In this document: piece by piece, positions 43,823 to 53,475 of the stretch
Position numbering within the stretch: position 1 is the first letter of the stretch
Layout of the letters: each line of letters begins with the position of its first letter
Assembly (NCBI GenBank): GCA_020638065.1
Contig: JACKJG010000013.1
Span: 19,058-83,057, forward strand
Source: Hyphomicrobiaceae bacterium
Lineage (GTDB): Bacteria; Pseudomonadota; Alphaproteobacteria; Rhizobiales; Devosiaceae
Direction: 5' to 3'
DNA: 64,000 nucleotides
Translations under genes and position numbers: made by a program
The notes under the pieces: generated by a model
Told to the model about the DNA's origin: nothing
What the model saw: only the letters and a program-made list of their open reading frames with translations
Databases searched by the model: none

Positions 43823-43840
43823 GGCAGGAGTGAAACTCCG

Positions 43841-45760
43841 ATGACTACTTTTCTTGTCATCAACAACAATGACAGCGGCTCCGGCAGCCTTCGTCAGGCA
43901 ATCCTGAACGCCGAAGAAAGCTCAAACCCGGGCGCCGATACGATCGAGTTTGCCCCGTGGATGACCGGCCAGACGATATTTCTTTCGGAAACGCTGACCA
44001 TCCAGTCGGGAAACCTGACAATCAATGGCGACATCAACGGCGATGGTGATCCTGACATCACAATTTCTGGTGATAGCGGGGACGATGGCCGATCTCCCGA
44101 CGATGTGGGCACACTGCTTCTTGTCGACTTCAATGCAACCGCCCGGATTAATTCTCTGATATTGGCCGACGGAACCTATTACGGAGCCAATACAGGCGGC
44201 ACCTATGGCCCGGGTTACATAACTCCGGTTGCGCGATCCGGTCTTGCAGGCATTGAAAATCGGGGAACTCTAACCCTGACCGACAATGTCATCACCAATA
44301 TGTATTCCAAGGGCGGCAACGGCGATAGCAGCTACGGCATTTACGGCCTCGCGGGGGGACAGGGGACGGCCGGCATTTTGAATTCGGGTCAGTTGACGAT
44401 CACTGACACAGCGCTGGAAGGCCTTACGGCCAAAGGCGGGAACGGTGCAAATGGCTATGGCGCCTACGATGGCGGCGATGGTGGACGCGCGCAGGTCGGC
44501 ATTCTGAATGGCTTCGGCAACATCAGCCTGCGAAACGTTGGCTTCAACAACATTAACGCGCTCGGTGGACAGGGTGGAGCGGGAGACGGCGCGGCGCGCA
44601 CGGGCGGCAATGGCGGAGAAGCGACTGCGGGAATTTGGATTTACAACGGAACCTATGTCAGCGTCGGCTATTCCGCACTGGGCGCGTTTACCGCAAATCC
44701 GGGCTCGGGCGGGTCTGGCCTGGGGGGCGCAGACCCCGGAGTCCCGGGCTATTACTATGCGCCTGTCCGAAGCGCGCCGGGAATTCTGACCGATTACGAT
44801 TCTGGGTTCACCCAGTCAGATGACACCCGCCCCACCACCGGACCGGGCCAGCGCATGTTCGGTTTTGCAGGAGACGATGTGCTGACCGACGGCTTTGGAG
44901 GCGGCAAGCTCTACGGCGGTAGCGGCGATGATTTTCTTTCGTCATATGGTGCAAACGTCATTGCCTATGGCGGGTCCGGGAACGACAGGATCAAAAACCT
45001 GTCACTGAACGCCAACACGATCATGGACGGCGGCAAAGGCAATGATCTGCTCGATGTGTCGGCGGATTCCTGGAGCTTCAAGCTCAACATGACCACCGGC
45101 AGCGCAAAAACAATCGATCCCAACAATCCAACCAACCTGTATGCGCTCACCGCCCGCAATTTCGAGAACGTCATCGGCACGAACCACGTGGACAACATCA
45201 CCGGCACCAATGGCGCCAATACCATCGCCGGCAATGACGGCGACGACAATCTCAAGGGGCTGGGCGGCAACGACCAGATTCTGGGTGGCAAAGGCGACGA
45301 CGATATTCGTGGTGGTGATGCCAACGACATCCTGCGCGGCGGCAACAACATTGATACACTGAGAGGCGACAACGGCAACGACATCGTGCATGGCGGCTCC
45401 GGAGCCGACTTCCTGTTTGGCGGCAACGCCAACGACAGGTTGCGCGGCGGTGACGGCAGCGACGAATTGCAGGGCGACAGAGGCAACGACGTGCTGCGCG
45501 GCGGCGGCGGCAAGGACACCTTCATTTTCGGCAAGGGGTTCGACAAGGATTCTGTCCGCGACTTTACCGACAATACCGATCAGATCGCTCTCAATGACAA
45601 TCTGTGGAAGGGCACATTGTCCAAGACCCAGATTCTGAACCAGTTCGCTACGCTCAAGGGCAATGGCGACGTCGTCTTCGATTTCGGCCACGGCGACATA
45701 TTCACGATCAAGGACGCCGGCAGTGTCGCGATCTTCAAGAACGACATGGTGATTATCTAG
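43841..45760 (+). CDS. P4: beta-helix / RTX calcium-binding protein paralog
   Basis: The MTTFLVINNNDSGSGSLRQAILNAEESS start is nearly identical in DNA to the P2 5' end. The central region is different, and the 3' cassette is identical in type to P1/P2. Start is 18 nt after the P3 stop. Confidence 0.88.
   Translation: MTTFLVINNNDSGSGSLRQAILNAEESSNPGADTIEFAPWMTGQTIFLSETLTIQSGNLTINGDINGDGDPDITISGDSGDDGRSPDDVGTLLLVDFNATARINSLILADGTYYGANTGGTYGPGYITPVARSGLAGIENRGTLTLTDNVITNMYSKGGNGDSSYGIYGLAGGQGTAGILNSGQLTITDTALEGLTAKGGNGANGYGAYDGGDGGRAQVGILNGFGNISLRNVGFNNINALGGQGGAGDGAARTGGNGGEATAGIWIYNGTYVSVGYSALGAFTANPGSGGSGLGGADPGVPGYYYAPVRSAPGILTDYDSGFTQSDDTRPTTGPGQRMFGFAGDDVLTDGFGGGKLYGGSGDDFLSSYGANVIAYGGSGNDRIKNLSLNANTIMDGGKGNDLLDVSADSWSFKLNMTTGSAKTIDPNNPTNLYALTARNFENVIGTNHVDNITGTNGANTIAGNDGDDNLKGLGGNDQILGGKGDDDIRGGDANDILRGGNNIDTLRGDNGNDIVHGGSGADFLFGGNANDRLRGGDGSDELQGDRGNDVLRGGGGKDTFIFGKGFDKDSVRDFTDNTDQIALNDNLWKGTLSKTQILNQFATLKGNGDVVFDFGHGDIFTIKDAGSVAIFKNDMVII
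45242..45760 (+). repeat. Near-identical ~520-bp 3' cassette, copy 3 (P4)
   Basis: See copy 1. Confidence 0.85.
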
Positions 45761-45958
45761 ACGGCAACGCGTTCAGTCTCAGCCTCGCCACAGCCTCTGA
45801 ACGAAGCCGGACCGTCCGCTGGACGGTGCCGCAATCGGCATTTTCCCCGTTTTATCTAGCCCGTCTCAGACCTTTGGCGCTCCAACTTGGGACCATCGGT
45901 CAATTGCCCGACAGACCTGATCCATTTGACAATTTGGCTCCGGCTTCAGGAGATCAAT

Positions 45959-47728
45959 ATGGCCACTTTTGTCGTTACAAACACCAATGACCAGGGCTCT
46001 GGCAGCTTGCGCGATGCCCTCGCGAAGGCCGAGCAGCACACAGGCACCGATACGATCGTCTTCAATTCCAACCTCGCTGGCCAGACGATATTCCTCGCTT
46101 CGACGTTGCAGATCAAAAGCGGAAACGTCATCATCAGTGGTGACACCAACGGCGACGGCGACGCCGATATCACGATTTCCGGCGACACGACGAACAATGG
46201 CCAGGGAGCCACGGATGTCGGCACGCTGCTTTCAATAGCAGGCCAGGCAACTGCCAGTATTGCCAGCTTCGTGTTCACGGACGGATATTCGCAAGGTTTG
46301 GCGTCGAACCAGGCCGGCGTTGCCGGCGAACGGGGAATGGCTGGCATCGTCAATAAGGGCCAGCTGTCCCTTTCAGACTCCATTGTCACCAACATGGTCG
46401 CCAAGGGCGGCACTGGCGGCGGCGATGCCGTCGATACCGATGATGGTGCCGACGCCTTTGCCGGGATCGACAATACGGGCACCCTGTCGATCTCCAACTC
46501 CTACATCGGCCAGAATAGCGCCTCCTCCGCAGACGCAAACAATGCGCTCAACAATGCCGGCGCCGGTGGGCTGGCGGTGGCGGGCATCCGAAACAAGGGC
46601 CAACTGGAAGCCGACGGCGTTCTGTTCACGGGAAACGTCGCTCTCGGAGGCGCTGGCGGACAAAGCATCAACCAGACCGGCGGCGACGGTGGCGCTGCCG
46701 GAGCAGGCATTTGGCAGGATGCGGGCTTTACGAGCGGCTATATCGGTCATGAAGCCGGCACGGCCACCGGCGGTGCTTACGGCCCGGGGAATCCCGGGCC
46801 GGGCGAGAATGGAAAGAGCTATGCGGGATTTCATGCCGAAGCTCCAAGCACGTCCAGTGTGGTCGTTTCGAATGAGGCCGTTTCAGATCATTTTGGCGGC
46901 ACGGGTATCGACCTGATCAACATCGCCGCAGGACAAAACGTTTTCGCCCTTCATGGCAACGACACCATCGACAACAGGGGACTTGATGTTGCCGGCATCA
47001 TTGTCCACGCCGGCAGCGGTAACGACAGGATCTATACCGGCACGCTCGACAGCTCGTTCGGTGACACCGGCAACGACAGGATTTTTGCTCAGGGCGACGC
47101 GACGGTGAACGCAGGCCTCGGGAATGATAAGGTCACGGTAACTGCGTTCACACCGGCCAGTTCGATGAAGGCGACCGGCAGCGCGGGCAATGACACCCTG
47201 GATTTCAGCGCAATCACGGGGCAGAATTTCAAACTTGATATGCAGACGGGACTGACCTCCGGCGCCGCAACATTTGCCAGGTTCGAGCGATTCATCGGAA
47301 TCGATGACGCGGGCTTCACCGACCGTATCAACGGAACCTCCGGCAAGAACAGCATAGATGGAATGGCCGGAGACGATATTCTGAGGGGGCAAGCCGGCAA
47401 CGACACGTTGCGAGGCGGCGCAGGCAGAGATTTTCTCGATGGGGGGACTCAAAATGACAAACTGCTTGGCGGTGCCGACAGCGACACGTTCAAATTCTCC
47501 AAGAAATACGGAATCGACGTGATCCTGGATTTTGCTGACGATGTCGACACCATCCTTCTCAACGACCGGCTCTGGAAAGGAACCATGACCAAGGCGCAGG
47601 TGCTTAGGCAATTCGCGACCCTTAACGACAATGGCAACGTCAAATTCGATTTCGGCAACGGCGACAAGCTCATCATCAAAGACGTTGGCAGCATCGACGT
47701 TTTAAAGAACGACCTCGTCATCATCTAG
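45959..47728 (+). CDS. P5: beta-helix / RTX calcium-binding protein paralog (most divergent of the + array)
   Basis: MATFVVTNTNDQGSGSLRDAL is preceded by AGGAG after a 198-nt gap. ISGDTNGDGDADITISGD, AGIxNxGxL units and a shorter RTX block are present. The tail is DTFKFSKKYGIDVILDF..KNDLVII. Confidence 0.87.
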   Translation: MATFVVTNTNDQGSGSLRDALAKAEQHTGTDTIVFNSNLAGQTIFLASTLQIKSGNVIISGDTNGDGDADITISGDTTNNGQGATDVGTLLSIAGQATASIASFVFTDGYSQGLASNQAGVAGERGMAGIVNKGQLSLSDSIVTNMVAKGGTGGGDAVDTDDGADAFAGIDNTGTLSISNSYIGQNSASSADANNALNNAGAGGLAVAGIRNKGQLEADGVLFTGNVALGGAGGQSINQTGGDGGAAGAGIWQDAGFTSGYIGHEAGTATGGAYGPGNPGPGENGKSYAGFHAEAPSTSSVVVSNEAVSDHFGGTGIDLINIAAGQNVFALHGNDTIDNRGLDVAGIIVHAGSGNDRIYTGTLDSSFGDTGNDRIFAQGDATVNAGLGNDKVTVTAFTPASSMKATGSAGNDTLDFSAITGQNFKLDMQTGLTSGAATFARFERFIGIDDAGFTDRINGTSGKNSIDGMAGDDILRGQAGNDTLRGGAGRDFLDGGTQNDKLLGGADSDTFKFSKKYGIDVILDFADDVDTILLNDRLWKGTMTKAQVLRQFATLNDNGNVKFDFGNGDKLIIKDVGSIDVLKNDLVII

Positions 47729-47733
47729 ACGGC

Positions 47734-47768
47734 AAAAAAACCCCGGCATGTTACCATGCCGGGGTTTT
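47734..47768. terminator. Bidirectional rho-independent terminator between P5 and katG
   Basis: AAAAAAA-CCCCGGCATG-TTAC-CATGCCGGGG-TTTT forms a perfect 10-bp stem flanked by an A-run and a T-run. It lies 6 nt after the P5 stop and 40 nt after the katG stop. Confidence 0.85.
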
Positions 47769-47807
47769 CATTTGCCGGTGGCCGGCATCGGGCTCGAAAC
47801 AGTGCGT

Positions 47808-50084
<2,277 letters not shown>

Positions 50085-50090
50085 CTAATC

Positions 50091-51005
50091 ATGAAACTGT
50101 CGCTCAAACAGCTCCACTATGCCATAGCGCTTGCCGACCACGGTCATTTCGGCCGGGCCGCTGAGGCAAGTCACGTCACCCAGTCCGCTCTTTCTCAGCA
50201 GATCGCCCTGCTCGAACAGGCTTGCCGCGTGCCGGTCTTCGATCGGGGCCAGCGGCCCGTCGTCCCTACCCCGTTTGGCCGCGAATTTCTGGCGCGGGCA
50301 CGTCAGCTATTGACCGAGGCCGATGCGCTCGAGACCTTTGCTCTCAGCGCCAGCGGACTGCCCGACCGTCCCCTGCGCTTCGGTCTTATTCCGACCATTG
50401 CGCCCTATCTGCTACCGACCATCTACCCGGCCCTTGCCACCGCGCGTCCGAACATCAGCCTCAGTGTTGTCGAGCGGCAAACCGACGATCTTCAAACCGA
50501 GTTGGTGGATGGAAGTCTCGACCTCGCGATGATCGCGACCGACCTTCCTGCCGACCTGCCTCTGACTGGTGAATCATTGTTTGCCGACCCGTTCGTGCTG
50601 GCCACGCCAAAGGACCTTCTTATCGCCGACCCTGCGCCGATCGCCGACCTGCCGCACGACCACCTCTTGCTGCTCGAAGAGGGTCACTGTTTTCGCGATC
50701 AGGCATTGGCGGCTTGCGGGCTTGACCGGAACGGCAGGCCCCACCCGTTTTCGGCGACCTCGCTGTCAACGATCGTAGAGTTCGTCGCTAATGGCCAGGG
50801 CATTACGCTGCTGCCGGCCATTTCGCTCCGCAAGGAAGCAAGCAACAGCCGTGTCTCCATTCACGCCCTCGCCGCACCGGGCGCGAGCCGCACGCTGTCG
50901 CTCGTCTGGCGTCGCGGTTCGCCGTTCGAAACCGTTTTCCGGGACATGGCAACACTGATCCGCGAAGCAACGAAGGATCAGTTGGCCGAGCCGATTTCTG
51001 CCTAG
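50091..51005 (+). CDS. oxyR: LysR-family hydrogen peroxide-inducible activator OxyR
   Basis: The N-terminal HTH is LKQLHYAIALADHGHFGRAAEASHVTQSALSQQI. The redox Cys pair context is LLLEEGHCFRDQALAAC (E. coli: LEDGHCLRDQAMGFC). It is divergent from katG. Confidence 0.85.
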   Translation: MKLSLKQLHYAIALADHGHFGRAAEASHVTQSALSQQIALLEQACRVPVFDRGQRPVVPTPFGREFLARARQLLTEADALETFALSASGLPDRPLRFGLIPTIAPYLLPTIYPALATARPNISLSVVERQTDDLQTELVDGSLDLAMIATDLPADLPLTGESLFADPFVLATPKDLLIADPAPIADLPHDHLLLLEEGHCFRDQALAACGLDRNGRPHPFSATSLSTIVEFVANGQGITLLPAISLRKEASNSRVSIHALAAPGASRTLSLVWRRGSPFETVFRDMATLIREATKDQLAEPISA

Positions 51006-51811
51006 CCCAAGCGCGCGACAACCAGATGGCCCGGCGTCGGCCGACCGTCCTGCATGCGCACATTGATATCGTCCATCGCGACAATCTCGAACCCGGCATC
51101 GGCCAGGCACGCCTGCACGTAGTCCGCCGCGTGCACAAAGCGCTGATGCGGCGCGACCCTGAATGGCCGCCCGCCCATGTCCCCCAGCGTCTCCGAGGAA
51201 AAGACCAACAATCCACCCGGAACGAGATTGTCCGCCGCGCCCTCAAATAGCGGATCGAGCTCTCCGAGATATGGCAACACGTCACAGGCCGTGATCAGGT
51301 CGAACTGTTCCTCGTCATTGTCGGCGAGAAATTCCTCGACCTCCCCGCAATAGAGGCCCTCATAGATATCCTTGTCTTCGCAGATATCGATCATGCGCGA
51401 GCTGATATCGATGCCGATCATGTCCGTCACGCGGTCGCGCAGGGCCTCGGCGGCAAGCCCGGTCCCACAGCCAAGATCCAGAACGCGCTCGAACGGCCCC
51501 AGACCAAGCGCATCAAGCTTCTTTCGCACGAGATTGGGCACGTCATAGCCCAACTGTTCGACCAGAATGTCTTCGAACGCGTCTGCATGCTGGTCGAACA
51601 GAACCTCGACATAGGAATCGGGCGCCTTGGCCGGCACCGCGCCGCGTTCGAGCGCTGCAAGGCGCACCGCTGCACCACCATGATCCTGCGGATCGAGCTC
51701 CAGATAGGCTTTGAGCGCGGCCACCGCGCCTTCGATGTCGCCCGACTCTTCCAGCTCGAGCGCAAGGTTGTACGCGTCGGCAACGGCCGGCTCATCGAGC
51801 TTGCGGCCCAT
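51002..51811 (-). CDS. Class I SAM-dependent methyltransferase with N-terminal TPR-like segment
   Basis: SAM motif I VLDLGCGTGLAAEAL is present, plus the post-I acidic residue IGIDIS and motif II-like FDLITACDVLPY. Confidence 0.75.
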   Translation of the reverse strand: MGRKLDEPAVADAYNLALELEESGDIEGAVAALKAYLELDPQDHGGAAVRLAALERGAVPAKAPDSYVEVLFDQHADAFEDILVEQLGYDVPNLVRKKLDALGLGPFERVLDLGCGTGLAAEALRDRVTDMIGIDISSRMIDICEDKDIYEGLYCGEVEEFLADNDEEQFDLITACDVLPYLGELDPLFEGAADNLVPGGLLVFSSETLGDMGGRPFRVAPHQRFVHAADYVQACLADAGFEIVAMDDINVRMQDGRPTPGHLVVARLG

Positions 51812-52407
51812 CAGGCACTCTCCTCTGCGCCGGGATAGATCCAGTGTTCCCAGATGCGGATCTTCACCGCCTCACCCATCGCAATGGTCCCTGCCCGTTC
51901 GACCCAGCCGACAAGGCCGCGCCGGTGCCGGGCGACCTTGGGAAACAGGAACCTGATGTCCTCGCGCCCCTCGAAATGGCTGGCGATCGATGCACCCGAA
52001 TAGGAACACGGACCATTGTCGCCGTCGATCCGGACCGAAACACCACCTTCGAACATCAGGATGGAGCGCGGCGGCAAGAGGCTGAGATGAGGCACACCGG
52101 AAAGGGTGATACTGGCGCCGATCCATTCCGGTTCTATCCGGTCGATTTGCATGTCACGCGCCACCCCGGCCAGTTCCGTCCGGCAGACAATCGACAATTG
52201 CCGTTCATTGCGCATCTCGGTTCCACGCTTGTACCAGGGCTCACGAGCGCCGCTTTCGCGCAGCAGACCGGCGTGCCGGTCTCCCGGAACGCCCTCATAT
52301 GTCAGCGTCAATTGGTCCACCGGCTCGCTCACGAACGTGTCACCCAACGCTTCAAACAATCCGTCGACTTCGGCCTCGATTGTCCGCGCTGGCGCAAACT
52401 CAACCAT
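51811..52407 (-). CDS. MOSC domain-containing protein
   Basis: GVPGDRHAG, RQLSIV and the conserved Cys context GDNGPC fit MOSC (YiiM-like) beta-barrel proteins. It overlaps both neighbours and is probably in an operon with rarD. Confidence 0.6.
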   Translation of the reverse strand: MVEFAPARTIEAEVDGLFEALGDTFVSEPVDQLTLTYEGVPGDRHAGLLRESGAREPWYKRGTEMRNERQLSIVCRTELAGVARDMQIDRIEPEWIGASITLSGVPHLSLLPPRSILMFEGGVSVRIDGDNGPCSYSGASIASHFEGREDIRFLFPKVARHRRGLVGWVERAGTIAMGEAVKIRIWEHWIYPGAEESA

Positions 52408-53353
52408 CGGTCACAATCTCCCGTTCCAGACGCCGTTTGCGCCGCTGCCGGAGACTATCATGTGTGTAGACGACAAGTGACATCCAGATCAAAGCGAAGC
52501 TGATCAGGCGAACCGCATTGATCTCTTCATGGAACAGAAAAACCGCGATCAGAAACTGCATCGAGGGCGCGAGATACTGAATCATGCCGATTGTCGTCAG
52601 CCGCAACTGCCGGGCGCCATAGGCAAAAAACATCAGAGCGCCCGCCGTAGCGGGCCCGGTGGCAATCAACCAGAACATGCTCCAGGGGTCGGTGTAAAAA
52701 CCGGTGCCAATTTCGGATGCGGAATAGACGGCGTAACCGATCGCAAACGGAAACAGAACAAGGGTTTCAACCGCGAGCCCCGGTGATGAGCGCACATTCA
52801 CGGTTTTTCGAATGAAACCATAAACTCCGAACGTGCCTGCCAAGGTCAGCGAAATCCAGGGCAAACCGCCAATCGCCTGCGCCTGCAGAGCCACCGCCGC
52901 GGCCGCGATTGCGATCGCGACCCATTGCTGCCGGTTCTGGCGTTCTCCCAGGAACACCATGCCCAGCAGCACATTGACCAGCGGATTGATGTAATACCCG
53001 AAGCTGGTAGCCAGAACCTGTCCGGTTTCGACCGACCAAACATAAACGAGCCAGTTCACGCTGAGAAACAGGGTGGCCGCGAAAATGGTCAACAGCGTTC
53101 TGGGGTCGCGCATCGCGGCCCAGACTTCGCCAAGCCGCTTCTGAAAATAGAGGATGGCGTAAACGAAGAACAGCGACCAGATGATCCGATGTGCAACGAT
53201 CAGGGTCGAAGGCACAGCTTCGAGCGCCCGGAACATGAGCGGAAACAGGCCCCACATGACGTAGGCGCCCAGCGCGGCGGATACCCCGCGCCCGATATCC
53301 TTTTGCTGCTCGTCGGACATCTCACCGGCCTTGTGAACCGGCGCGGCCGGCAT
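52400..53353 (-). CDS. rarD: EamA/DMT-family transporter RarD
   Basis: The product is collinear with E. coli RarD. Examples: GVSAALGAYVMWGLFPLMF (E. coli GVLLALAAYFIWGIAPAYF), HRIIWSLFF, GYYINPLVNVLLGMVFLGER and RLTTIGMIQYLAPSMQFL. Confidence 0.9.
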   Translation of the reverse strand: MPAAPVHKAGEMSDEQQKDIGRGVSAALGAYVMWGLFPLMFRALEAVPSTLIVAHRIIWSLFFVYAILYFQKRLGEVWAAMRDPRTLLTIFAATLFLSVNWLVYVWSVETGQVLATSFGYYINPLVNVLLGMVFLGERQNRQQWVAIAIAAAAVALQAQAIGGLPWISLTLAGTFGVYGFIRKTVNVRSSPGLAVETLVLFPFAIGYAVYSASEIGTGFYTDPWSMFWLIATGPATAGALMFFAYGARQLRLTTIGMIQYLAPSMQFLIAVFLFHEEINAVRLISFALIWMSLVVYTHDSLRQRRKRRLEREIVTDG

Positions 53354-53475
53354 CAGTCAACCGATAGCAACAATCGGCACGCTCAGCCAATCAGCTTTTG
53401 TGATGGTCCGATGCAGTCGCTGAATGGGACAGCAACAGAAGGCGATGTGTTCGCCCGCTTTCGTCCGGTGCACCC

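Noticed and set aside
39380-45691. Long ORFs on the opposite strand or in alternative frames of the RTX genes. Examples: 39380-39967, 39447-40178, 41230-41835, 41321-41953, 44965-45573 and 45002-45691. The same class occurs in the second array at 53632-54018, 56429-57493, 59131-60114, 62956-63504 and 63590-63937.
   Set aside because: Reverse-complementing GGC-GGC-AAC-GAC-type nonapeptide codons yields stop-free V/A/I- or S/L/P-rich frames (SLPLSPCNSSLPSPP..., VVAAQNLVV...). They recur wherever the 3' cassette recurs. They are a compositional artefact of the repeats, not genes.
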